Shown in pieces: positions 18,301 through 26,524 of a DNA stretch of 38,344 nucleotides. The translations under genes and the position numbers were made by a program. The stretch comes from an uncultured Deferribacteres bacterium (GTDB lineage Bacteria > Zhuqueibacterota > Zhuqueibacteria > Zhuqueibacterales > Geothermadaptataceae), in assembly GCA_964014485.1 (NCBI GenBank), contig CAXHAT010000066.1, positions 1 through 38,344 of the forward strand, given 5' to 3'. Below the pieces are notes generated by a model. The model saw nothing but the letters and a program-made list of their open reading frames with translations, did not search any database and was not told the DNA's origin. Numbering within the stretch: position 1 is the first letter of the stretch; each line of letters begins with the position of its first letter.

Positions 18301-21111
18301 AACGGCGCATCGCAGATCGATTTGGCGTGGACGGACAATTCCTCCAACGAAGATAATTTCAAGATCGAGCGTCACGCCGGAGACGGCAATTTCGCCGAGA
18401 TTGCGACGGTCGGCGCGGACGTCACGTCGTTTGGCGACACGGGCCTTTCGGTTTCAACGACGTACACTTACCGCGTGCGCGCTGTGAATGGTGCGGGGAA
18501 TTCAGGCTACTCCAACGAAGCGTCAGCAACCACCGACGATCCGCCCTCGCCGCCTGCTGATCCGTCAGGATTGACCGCAACGGCCAACGGAACGTCGCAG
18601 ATTGATCTTTCGTGGACGGACAATGCTTCCAACGAAGACAATTTCAAGATCGAGCGTCACGCCGGAGACGGTAATTTTGCCGAGATCGCCACAGTCGGCG
18701 CGGACGTGACGTCGTTTGGCGACACAGGCCTTGCGGCTTCGACGACGTACACTTATCGCGTGCGCGCTTCCAACGCCGCCGGAAATTCCGGTTATTCCAA
18801 CGAAGCGTCCGCCACCACCGACGATCCGCCCCCGCCGCCTGCTGATCCGTCCGGTTTGACCGCGACGGCCAACGGTTCTTCGCAGATCGATCTGGCGTGG
18901 ACGGACAATGCTTCGGATGAAGACAACTTTGTCATCGAGCGGCATGCCGGCGACGGTAATTTTGCCGAAATCGCGACCGTCGGCGCCGACGTGACGTCGT
19001 TTGGCGACACGGGGCTTCTGGCTTCGACGACCTACACTTACCGCATCTTCGCCAGCAACGGCGCGGGCGACTCCGGTTATTCCAACGAAGCCTTTGCCAC
19101 CACGGACGACGCGCCGCCGGTCGATTGTCTGCCGGGCGATAATCACGTGATCGGCAAGCTTCTGACGGCAAGTTCGGTTGAAGAAGAAGACGGCCCCATT
19201 GCCAACGCCAACGACGGCGATCAGGAAACATTCTGGAAGAGCGGCGATACGGAAGACGGCATACCCGAATGGCTGCATGTTGATCTCGAAGAAATCTTTG
19301 AAGTCGACAGCGTCACCGTCGCCTGGGAAAGCAAAAACTACGCGACGGTTTATGAAATCCAGACCTCGCTCGACGACCTCAACTGGACTGCCGTCGTCAA
19401 TGCAACCAAGGACGACAAGGGCACGGACGCTTTCTCCTTTGCCGCCGTTTCCGCGCGCTACGTTCGCGTTTACATGCTCGAGTTCAAAAAATCGAGCCTG
19501 AAAATCAACGAGTTCGAAGTGTTCGGCTGCCCCGATCAACCGGCGACCCCGCCCTCGGCCCCTTCCGGCTTGACGGCGACCGCCAACGGTTCTTCACAAA
19601 TCGATTTGGCCTGGAGCGACAACGCCAACAACGAGACCGGCTTCAAGATCGAGCGTCATGCCGGCGACGGCAACTTCGCTCAGATCGCCAGCGTTGGCGC
19701 CAACGCCACCAACTACAGCAACGGCGGGCTTTCCGCTGCAACGACGTACACCTATCGCGTGCGCGCAACCAACGGCGCAGGCGATTCCGGTTATTCCAAC
19801 GCAGCGTCGGCCACGACGGACGCGCCGCCCCCGCCGCCCGCCGCACCTTCCGGTTTGACCGCGACGGCCAACGGTTCTGCGCAAATCGATCTGTCGTGGA
19901 CGGACAATTCCGGCAACGAAGACAATTTCAAGATCGAGCGTCACGCCGGCGACGGTAATTTTGCCGAAATCGCCACCGTCGGCGCGGATGTCGTTTCGTA
20001 CAACGACACGGGCTTGAGCGCGAGCACGACCTACACCTATCGCGTGCGGGCTGCCAACGCCGCCGGGAATTCGGGTTACTCGAACGAAGCGTCGGCGACG
20101 ACGGACGATCCGCCCCCGCCGCCCGCTGATCCGTCCGGTTTGACGGCGACGACCAACGGTTCGTCGCAGATCGATTTGTCGTGGACGGATAATTCTTCCA
20201 ACGAAGACAATTTCAAGATCGAGCGCCATGCCGGCGACGGCAATTTCGCCGAGATCGCCACTGTCGGCACGGACGTAACCAGCTATGACGACACGGGCTT
20301 AAGCGCGAATACAACCTACACCTATCGCGTGCGCGCCAGCAATGGTGCGGGCGATTCCGGCTACTCCAACGAAGCCTCGGCGACGACGGATGAAGGCGGC
20401 GCGGATCCCAACGTCAACCTGGCGCTCGACAAGCCGATCGCCGCATCGAACGTCTTTTCGTCCTTCGTGGCGGAAAACGCCAATGACGGCGACGAAGGCA
20501 CGAGTTGGGGAACCAAGGACGAGGGCAACGAAGAGTGGCTGCGGGTTGATCTCGAAGCCAGTCAAACCATTGGACGCGCCATTATCAAGTGGAGCGGTTC
20601 GCGCTTCGCGCCGGATTACGAGCTGCAGGTTTCCGACGACGAGGTCAACTGGACCACGGTCTACGCCACTGACGCCGGCGCCGAAGGCGAGCAGGAGTTT
20701 GAGTTCGCCCAAACGACGGCGCGCTATGTCAGGCTCTACGTTTTGTCCTTCAACAGCGGCGCGGTTGCGGTGATGGAATTGGAAGTTTACGCCGGTCCCG
20801 CTACGGCGAAAAGACGCGCGCAAAACGCCGTCGTCGAAGCGCTCCCGACCGAATTCGCACTGCATCAAAACTATCCGAATCCGTTTAACCCCGCGACCCG
20901 AATCAGCTTCAGCCTGCCGCAAGCTGAGCAGGTAACGATCAAGGTTTTCAGCCTGTTGGGCGCTGAAATCGCCACAATCGTTAACGCTCGTTTTGAAGCC
21001 GGAGTACACTCGCTGAAGTTTGACGCCGGGCGCTTGGCGGGCGGCGTTTATATCTATCAACTACAAGCAGGTTCATTCACTGAAACGAAACGAATGCTGC
21101 TTATCAAATAG
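15385..21111 (+). CDS. Large secreted protein: N-terminal propeller-like domain, 10 FN3, 3 F5/8-type C (CBM32-like), T9SS-type C-terminal sorting domain
   Basis: RBS AGGAGG and signal peptide. FN3 repeats (IDLAWTDN..FKIER..YTYRVRA) are arranged 3+4+3 between discoidin domains (WLHVDL..ARYVRV). C-terminal FALHQNYPNPFNPATRISF. Confidence 0.92.
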   Translation: MTQQQSGSHTNAGHTIRKRTFTRLTQLFLSGIWALSATMTFAQTHNSTAVVEGYRDFSYGSAYEKPTSEKPEHKLWIVDNIWYGSMWDESSSTYSIHRYDKSGPSWTNVGPGIDDRANSLADALWDGNKLYIASHMRTGSGAARLYRYSYDGGSQTFSLDAGFPVDVNDEDSETLTITKDSTGKLWITWTSGGQVMVNCSITGDDDWESDPGQPDGPFELPVTDSDASSDDISAIVSFGGDKIGILWSNQGEEAMLFAAHRDDDPRDSWQAKELAFFDAGLGAVADDHINMKVTADNGGNVYAVTKTSLEGGSDPVVTLLKRDSSGNWEWHQVWDVDDDHSRPILLIDEENRDLYVFAPSLTGSPRTIYMKSTSMDNINFPSGIGTTFIRSNSDDVVNDPTSTRQNVNGATGILVLASAEDTRHYLHNYIELSSSSPPDAPTSLSATTQSSSQINLAWTDNSSNESGFKIERHSGDGNFSEIADVAAGVESYNDTGLSSSTTYTYRVYAYNGSGDSGFSNEASATTDAPPPPPAAPSALTATANGSSQIDLAWTDNANNEDEFKIERHDGDGNFVQIATVSADVTSYNDTGLSASTTYTYRVRASNGSGDSGYSNEASATTDDPPPPPADPSGLTATANGHNQIDLAWNDNSGNEDEFRIERHDGDGNFTEIATVGADVTSYNDTGLDALTTYTYRVFAVNGSGSSGYSNEASATTDEAPPVTCSPGENLTSGKVLTASSVEVEDGPIPNANDGDLETYWESADVDEGVPEWLHVDLEEIFDVDSISVAWESKNYATVYEIQTSQDDVNWTTAVSATKDDKGTDVFSFPAVAARYVRVHMTEYKKSSVKIAEFEVFGCSDGGSPQPPADPSGLTATANGTAQIDLAWTDNSGNEDNFKIERHAGDGNFAEIATVGADVTSFGDTGLSASTTYTYRVRAANAAGNSGYSNEASATTDDPPQPPADPSGLTATANGASQIDLAWTDNSSNEDNFKIERHAGDGNFAEIATVGADVTSFGDTGLSVSTTYTYRVRAVNGAGNSGYSNEASATTDDPPSPPADPSGLTATANGTSQIDLSWTDNASNEDNFKIERHAGDGNFAEIATVGADVTSFGDTGLAASTTYTYRVRASNAAGNSGYSNEASATTDDPPPPPADPSGLTATANGSSQIDLAWTDNASDEDNFVIERHAGDGNFAEIATVGADVTSFGDTGLLASTTYTYRIFASNGAGDSGYSNEAFATTDDAPPVDCLPGDNHVIGKLLTASSVEEEDGPIANANDGDQETFWKSGDTEDGIPEWLHVDLEEIFEVDSVTVAWESKNYATVYEIQTSLDDLNWTAVVNATKDDKGTDAFSFAAVSARYVRVYMLEFKKSSLKINEFEVFGCPDQPATPPSAPSGLTATANGSSQIDLAWSDNANNETGFKIERHAGDGNFAQIASVGANATNYSNGGLSAATTYTYRVRATNGAGDSGYSNAASATTDAPPPPPAAPSGLTATANGSAQIDLSWTDNSGNEDNFKIERHAGDGNFAEIATVGADVVSYNDTGLSASTTYTYRVRAANAAGNSGYSNEASATTDDPPPPPADPSGLTATTNGSSQIDLSWTDNSSNEDNFKIERHAGDGNFAEIATVGTDVTSYDDTGLSANTTYTYRVRASNGAGDSGYSNEASATTDEGGADPNVNLALDKPIAASNVFSSFVAENANDGDEGTSWGTKDEGNEEWLRVDLEASQTIGRAIIKWSGSRFAPDYELQVSDDEVNWTTVYATDAGAEGEQEFEFAQTTARYVRLYVLSFNSGAVAVMELEVYAGPATAKRRAQNAVVEALPTEFALHQNYPNPFNPATRISFSLPQAEQVTIKVFSLLGAEIATIVNARFEAGVHSLKFDAGRLAGGVYIYQLQAGSFTETKRMLLIK
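16693..20393 (+). repeat. Intragenic 285-bp (95-aa) FN3 tandem repeats
   Basis: Equivalent PADPSG codons at 18268, 18553 and 18838 give a 285-bp period. Copies differ mostly at synonymous sites. Confidence 0.9.
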
Positions 21112-21125
21112 GTTGATTTTTCACT

Positions 21126-21169
21126 AAACAAAAAAGCGCAGTCTGAAATCAGGCTGCGCTTTTTGTTTT
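21126..21169 (+). terminator. Intrinsic terminator
   Basis: AAACAAAAAAGCGCAGTCTG-AAAT-CAGGCTGCGCTTTTTGTTTT, 15 nt after the stop codon. Confidence 0.85.
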
Positions 21170-21293
21170 TAGAGCCCGTCCGGAAAAAATTCCCCGACAT
21201 CATCGTTTTCTAGTCCCCGCGTAAGCCCTTCAAAGAGCACAAGCTATTCAGCTAACCAACCGCGCTTGCGGTCTTGATCAGGAAGTAGCTTCT

Positions 21294-21359
21294 GAGTCAA
21301 ACGCTTCAGCGTTTGAGCGTAGCTTTCCGTCACTGGCGACGATAAATCGCCGCACTGGG
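21294..21359. repeat. REP-like doublet, inverted copy of 13026-13098
   Basis: GAGTCAAACGCTTCAGCGTTTG ... CGACGATAAATCGCCGCACT. Confidence 0.7.
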
Positions 21360-21370
21360 AGAACTAATTA

Positions 21371-21638
21371 CTGACGTTACGCGGCTGATGTAAAAAATGG
21401 AGTGCAAGGCTTGCCTTGCCATTCCACTGCGGATTTTCTCAAACTTTGTTGTTAAACATTCTGAACTTGCTGGCAGATCAAAAGGGGGCTGTCCAAAAAC
21501 AAGGCATCTGAATAGCAGACATACCATATGTAGGGATTCAAAATCTTGAACCCCTACGACATGTTGTATATCGCTCTGCAAGTTTTATGTTTTTAGACAG
21601 CCCCACTCCTTAATTTTTCCTGTAGCGCGTAACGTCAG
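21371..21638. mobile_element. MITE, family A, with perfect 7-bp TSD and a nested family-D MITE
   Basis: Perfect 13-bp TIR CTGACGTTACGCG / CGCGTAACGTCAG, flanked by CTAATTA at 21364-21370 and 21639-21645. Confidence 0.85.
21485..21604. mobile_element. MITE, family D, with GTAG-type REP
   Basis: GGGGCTGTCCAAAAAC / GTTTTTAGACAGCCCC TIR (15/16). REP GTAGGGATTCAAAATCTTGAACCCCTAC at 21530-21557. Confidence 0.8.
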
Positions 21639-21788
21639 CTAATTAATCAAAAGCAGTTTTCCTACTTGAGGTGAAACGCTTCCCCCGGAGCAGAGCTAAC
21701 CCGGCGAACTTCACCCTACTCCAGCGGCTCCATTTGCAAGATTGTGCAAAAAACAGCGATTTTCTAAAAGGCCACAATCCAAACCATC

Positions 21789-21857
21789 TTAACATAATCT
21801 TAATTTTTCATTCATCATAATCTAACACCTTTACGATATTTTAACGCCGAATTTACA
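21789..21857 (+). promoter_or_regulatory. Pho-box-like array (OmpR/PhoB-family site)
   Basis: TTAACA/TTAATT/TTCATC/CTAACA at 21789, 21800, 21811, 21822 and TTTACG/TTAACG/TTTACA at 21830, 21841, 21852 (11-bp periods), upstream of a porin. Confidence 0.6.
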
Positions 21858-21956
21858 AAACACGAGAACGCACTCGCTGATTATTTAGACTCTGGCGAGG
21901 CTTCGCATTGCGTATTTTCGTGCAAGAGATCTAATTTTGAGAGGAGGATGTGAGAA

Positions 21957-23045
21957 ATGTCGTACGTTCGTCGATTAGGTGCTGTAGCCGGACTAATTAT
22001 TTCAAGTTTTGTTTCTTCAAATGTGTTTTCCCAGGATTTGAATATCAAAAACGCCAAATCATGGGAAATGACGGGGCGCGCTCAGCTTCAGCATGTATTC
22101 AATTCTGACGTCGCAAGCGATGCAAGCAAAACGCGGCAAGGGTTTCGCATTCGTCGCGGTCGTTTTCAGGTCAAAAGCGTATTAAACGATTACATTCAAA
22201 CCAAATTCCAAATTGAGGTGCGCGACAATAGTCCAAAGCTTAAGGACGCGGAAGGAAAATTGAAGCTTGGCCAAAGTGCGTTTCTGCGCGTCGGGCAATT
22301 CAAGGTTCCTGTATGGCGTGAAGAGTTGCGTTCTTCCGGAAAATTGATGCTCGTTGAACGCAGCGGCGCGGCGGGATTTCTCGCGGACATGAATTTATCC
22401 GCGCGCCACATCGGTTTGGAATTCGGCGTCAAAACCGACGGCGGGATTGAGTTCGCCGCAAACTATTCCAACGGCGCTGGAGAAGGCGGCCGCGAAGATG
22501 CGGGGCGCACCAAATCATCAAGCATTAACAACGGCAAACTTTTTACGGGCAGGATCAACGTCCCTGTCGGAGATAAATTTCAAGTCGGCGTTTCGGCAGT
22601 CGCGAGTCAGGATGGAAACGATATTGGCGGCGTGGATAATTCGGGCACGACCACGGTGATCGCGCCGGATTTTGGCCTGTACTTGCCGGTCGGCGAGAAG
22701 GGCGTCTTTGATCTCGAAGCGGGCGTCGCCCTCGGCAGCCAAAGCAGCGATTTTACGGGCAGGAACAGCGACAACGGCTTCTTCCTTTTCGACGTCACCG
22801 GGCGTTGGGGTACGAAACTCAACGAGCCCGTCACCGGCTTTGGCGGCATGGACGGCTTTGAATTAGCTGCGGGCTACTCCATTGTCGATCTCGATTTTGG
22901 CGGCAAAGTTTCTACGCTCCGATTCGGCCCGGCGTTTGGCTTTGGCAAGCAGACCAGACTGCAAATCAATGCTGAAATTGAAAACGAAGACGGCGTTGAC
23001 GAGAGCGAATTTAAGCTGCGTTCGCAAATCACGTTCAATTTTTAA
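21957..23045 (+). CDS. Porin, phosphate-selective OprO/OprP-like family
   Basis: RBS GAGGAGG and signal peptide. FRIRRGR basic ladder, LRVGQFKVP, SSGKLMLVERS and C-terminal QITFNF. Confidence 0.8.
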   Translation: MSYVRRLGAVAGLIISSFVSSNVFSQDLNIKNAKSWEMTGRAQLQHVFNSDVASDASKTRQGFRIRRGRFQVKSVLNDYIQTKFQIEVRDNSPKLKDAEGKLKLGQSAFLRVGQFKVPVWREELRSSGKLMLVERSGAAGFLADMNLSARHIGLEFGVKTDGGIEFAANYSNGAGEGGREDAGRTKSSSINNGKLFTGRINVPVGDKFQVGVSAVASQDGNDIGGVDNSGTTTVIAPDFGLYLPVGEKGVFDLEAGVALGSQSSDFTGRNSDNGFFLFDVTGRWGTKLNEPVTGFGGMDGFELAAGYSIVDLDFGGKVSTLRFGPAFGFGKQTRLQINAEIENEDGVDESEFKLRSQITFNF

Positions 23046-23076
23046 GGGCGCCTGAAAACTTCTCGGAATCCATTCA

Positions 23077-23122
23077 AATGCGGCGCTTCTCTCGACTTAT
23101 TCGAGCGGAAGCGCTGCATTTT
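23077..23122. terminator. Hairpin between convergent genes, probable bidirectional terminator
   Basis: AAATGCGGCGCTTC...GAAGCGCTGCATTT stem between the porin and HAD stop codons. Confidence 0.55.
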
Positions 23123-23141
23123 CTGTTAGAGAAGCTTCGAA

Positions 23142-23786
23142 TCAACCCCAGATTTCATCAATTGAGTCCACCACTTTGATGTCCGCGGTTTCCAGACGTT
23201 CCCGCGACTGCTGCCCGCTGGCGACCAAAAGGCAGTCCGCCCCGAGCGCTTCCGCGACTTCAAAATCGTGCAGCGTATCCCCGATCAGCAATGTATTTTC
23301 CGGAGAATGCGAGCACTCCGCCATCCATGTCCGCCCAATTTCGAGTTTACCGTGCGCCCTGGCGTGATCCAGCGCCATAACTTCTTCAAAATAGTGCGAA
23401 ATGTTGTGTTTCGGAATAATCCGTAATAATTGCTCCAGGAGCGTCGCTGAAAGAATCACCTGCGACATGTCGATTTCATCAAACTGCTTCAAGCAGTTCT
23501 CAATCCCCGGGTTGAGCGCGCACTCTGAGACGCGCGACACGTAAGCGTCGATAAACTGTCGGCTGATTTCATTAAAACCTTCGCCGCCCTGAAATTGATA
23601 CCCCAACTTTTCATAATATTTCTGAACCGGAAACTCGAAAATCTCGCGGTGTTCTTCAATAGGTAACGCCTCCCTGCCCTCCGCTGCGAGCATCTCGTTG
23701 ACAATCGCAAAACAAAGCTCCGCATCGTTCAAAATTGTGCCGTTCCAGTCCCAAATAACATGGGTGTATTTTTCAAAGTCCAACAT
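23142..23786 (-). CDS. HAD-family hydrolase (phosphoglycolate phosphatase-like)
   Basis: IWDWNGTILND motif I, ILSAT motif II and LIGDTLHD motif IV. Confidence 0.92.
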   Translation of the reverse strand: MLDFEKYTHVIWDWNGTILNDAELCFAIVNEMLAAEGREALPIEEHREIFEFPVQKYYEKLGYQFQGGEGFNEISRQFIDAYVSRVSECALNPGIENCLKQFDEIDMSQVILSATLLEQLLRIIPKHNISHYFEEVMALDHARAHGKLEIGRTWMAECSHSPENTLLIGDTLHDFEVAEALGADCLLVASGQQSRERLETADIKVVDSIDEIWG

Positions 23787-24125
23787 AAAAAATCCTTTTT
23801 TCTATACTTTTCAATTGTACATCTCGTTTCTGCCCGAGATGTGGTTTGGTTTCGCAGCTTTCACTCGAACGTCCGTTCAAAGCTAACATACGCCGGTATC
23901 GAGAGCCCACCGGTCTGATTTCTAAAAACGATCTCAGATATCCGGTAATTCTTCCGTCGGCGAGGCGAAGCATGAGTCTGATTTGATGCGGCGCATCGCT
24001 CGGCGGAGACGCCTGCTTCTGTTTTTCCTCAGATGGAATTGGCGAGCTTAGCGCTGGGTTGCCACTGGATTTCGGCGTAATCCGGCTCCCGAATTAGTTT
24101 GACGCCAGTAGGCGTTTGTGAAAAC

Positions 24126-24162
24126 AAAAAGCCCGCAGCGCCTGTTTGCATTGCGAGCTTTT
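24126..24162 (-). terminator. Intrinsic terminator after the GWxTD gene
   Basis: AAAAAGCCCGCA...TGCGAGCTTTT stem with A/T tails. Confidence 0.6.
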
Positions 24163-24199
24163 AATTACATCTTACTTCCCGATAAAAATCCAAAAGTCG

Positions 24200-26161
24200 T
24201 CACTTTTCCAACGTGAGACGCGTCTCAGAAAAAGCAACAGCGTCAGAATTCAAATCGGTCACATAAATCTCCAGCACCGCCTCACCAGCCTGAAAACGCG
24301 AGACGTCCATCGACAGAAATTCAGCCTGATGCGTGCCGGCAGCCTGCCGCTGGTCGCCGACGGTGATCGCGTGTCCGTCCTCTTCTGCGCTGGCCGAATC
24401 GCCGGAGCGCAGCCGGTACTCGACGCGATAGTTGACCTCACCATGTGTGTTCAGTTGCAGGTGGTAAATCTCGTAGTACAGATAGAGCGCCTTGTTTTTG
24501 GCCAGCTTGCGTGTCGGCAGCGGCGCCACCAGCACGCCGTTTTTGGCAAATTCAATATTTTCAGCGGTTTCCTGAATGTGCGGCGACAACTGAATATCGC
24601 TGACCGCCAATTTGTTGTGCTCGAATGTCGGCAGGTTAAGCGGGAAGCGCACAAAGCCTTTGCGGTTTCCGTAGACATCCTCTATTTGCAAAACGGCGTG
24701 GTAGTCGCCTGCGGGCAAACGCACATTGAACTGGCTCAAAAAATCACCGCGTTCGGTTTCGCGGCGCTTTTTTTCATAAAGAATTTGCTCGATTGAATCG
24801 GTCGCGACCCGCTGAAAATGCGCATCGAAAACCGCGAGCTTGCCGCGCACGCGTGCTTTATAGCCGTTCAGTACACTCTCGAAAGTGAGTGCCCGATACG
24901 GCGTTGAATAGTAAATTTCCAGCCGGTCCGTGTGCTGGTTTTCGCGGAAAATGGCGTGGCTACAAGCGATTGGCAGCAGGTTGGCGTCGCCGACATCGTC
25001 GAGCACGATCGTCGGCACGTCCCTGGCCAAGTGCCGGGAATGGCTGCGATCTTCCTCGGAAAAATAGAGTTTGGCGTAATCGGCGGCTTCGCTCAGCGAC
25101 GATGTCGTGCTCAGCCTGAAAAGGCGCTCGCGAAAGGTTTTGTGCCACGGCGCCAGGCTGGTGTAGAGCTCATCGCGCAGCGCCGTAACAGTTTCGCCGA
25201 CACTCGCGACTTTGCGGTTGAACATAGTGTGGCGGCGCCGGTAAAACGTGCCGAAAATCGACTCCGGTCCATCCACCAGCCGAAAATCCTGATTATCGGA
25301 TTGGCCGGTAAAAGTGAAGTACATGTCCGCGTTGATTTTTTCGTAGAACCAGACCTCGTATGGCCGTATTTTCCAGCCGACGTCCCCCATCTCGCCGCTG
25401 CGGTCATTGACGATCCGGTCCGGCTTGCCGAAGCGCACGTAGATTTTGCCGCGGTCGTCAAAGCCACAGGCTACACGCGGGTGGTAATATTTTTGGCTCG
25501 CCTCGGCGACCCGGCGCAAATAGGCAATCAAAAATTCATTTTCGGCGGTAAACGGCTCCAGATCGTTGGCCTGGAAAAAATCGAGTAAGATCTTGCCGGG
25601 TGCGCCTTTTTCTTCGAGCGCCTGTGCGATGGCCTGCTTTTCGAGATCGCTGAGCAAAAACTCGCTCTGGTCGTAAATCGCCTGCCACAAATCCGGCTGG
25701 CGCTCTGGCTGCACAAACTCCAGCGCATCGTAAAAAAGCGAGGTAATTTCCTGCTTGCGCTCATCTTTTTGGTAGCGGGCATAGACTTGCGCCAGCAGAT
25801 GGGCGAGGTATGGCTCTCGCTTGTCAGCAAAATAAAATGCCCGGTAGCCGACATCGAGTGCGTGCATCGCGTCTCCGATGCGATTTTGCGCCAGCATGCT
25901 CATGCCGAGCGGACGCCACGCCGAGCGCCCCGACGGCTCTTGAAAAAGCGAGTCGGCAGCCGTCACCTGTCGCAGCAGCGTTTCCGCTTGTTCATATTTT
26001 TTCTTTTTCAGGAGATCGAGTGCGCGCTGATAATCTTGCGTGGCGTTTTGGAGTGGAGTGGCTTGCGCAAGGCTGGCAAGAAAGGCGGAATGGCAACAGA
26101 CAAGCAGGAAAGCGGCAACGGAGCATGCAGCCCTCCGGCAAACGGCGCGGGGGATTTTCAT
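24200..26161 (-). CDS. GWxTD-domain protein with N-terminal TPR-like region
   Basis: GFDDRGKIYVRFGKPD...YEVWFY...YFTF is the GWxTD core in a variant motif; C-terminal LAVSDIQL..LYLYYEIYHL beta domains. Start ATG 26161 follows RBS GAGG. Confidence 0.85.
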   Translation of the reverse strand: MKIPRAVCRRAACSVAAFLLVCCHSAFLASLAQATPLQNATQDYQRALDLLKKKKYEQAETLLRQVTAADSLFQEPSGRSAWRPLGMSMLAQNRIGDAMHALDVGYRAFYFADKREPYLAHLLAQVYARYQKDERKQEITSLFYDALEFVQPERQPDLWQAIYDQSEFLLSDLEKQAIAQALEEKGAPGKILLDFFQANDLEPFTAENEFLIAYLRRVAEASQKYYHPRVACGFDDRGKIYVRFGKPDRIVNDRSGEMGDVGWKIRPYEVWFYEKINADMYFTFTGQSDNQDFRLVDGPESIFGTFYRRRHTMFNRKVASVGETVTALRDELYTSLAPWHKTFRERLFRLSTTSSLSEAADYAKLYFSEEDRSHSRHLARDVPTIVLDDVGDANLLPIACSHAIFRENQHTDRLEIYYSTPYRALTFESVLNGYKARVRGKLAVFDAHFQRVATDSIEQILYEKKRRETERGDFLSQFNVRLPAGDYHAVLQIEDVYGNRKGFVRFPLNLPTFEHNKLAVSDIQLSPHIQETAENIEFAKNGVLVAPLPTRKLAKNKALYLYYEIYHLQLNTHGEVNYRVEYRLRSGDSASAEEDGHAITVGDQRQAAGTHQAEFLSMDVSRFQAGEAVLEIYVTDLNSDAVAFSETRLTLEK

Positions 26162-26426
26162 AAAATAACCTCGACAAAAAGAAGGGTACATTTTAAAATC
26201 GCGGGTTGCGAAACAGGCTCCCCCATAATTGTGTTGAGACATTCCTAATAAAAAATCGTCATTCAAAAATCAAATTAAACATTTTAATACCCGGGCGCAG
26301 CAGCTTAGCTGTTTTGTCATTCCACGAAAAATCGATTCAAAATCTGTAGTGCGGCTAACGCAAGAAGGTCAGGTTTGAGGTCAAAATTTCCCCTTGCAGG
26401 GTGACAACTGAACTGTTGCGAGCAAA

Positions 26427-26466
26427 AAAAAAGCCCGATCCGCGCTTGGTTGGATCGGGCTTTTTT
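26427..26466 (-). terminator. Intrinsic terminator after susD
   Basis: AAAAAAGCCCGATCC...GGATCGGGCTTTTTT. Confidence 0.85.
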
Positions 26467-26524
26467 CCGGTTTGGGGCTGGGCTTTGCCAAAAAGCGATT
26501 TTTTAACAAAGCCGCATGCCGGAA

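Noticed and set aside
16693..20393. CRISPR array or non-coding tandem repeat
   Set aside because: The 285-bp units are in-frame FN3 domains with synonymous divergence. There is no repeat-spacer structure and no cas genes.
21172..21336. Additional MITE with GAGCCCGTCCGGAAA end
   Set aside because: The putative right end (TTTCCGTCACTGGC) is too degenerate, and there is no TSD or second copy in the window.
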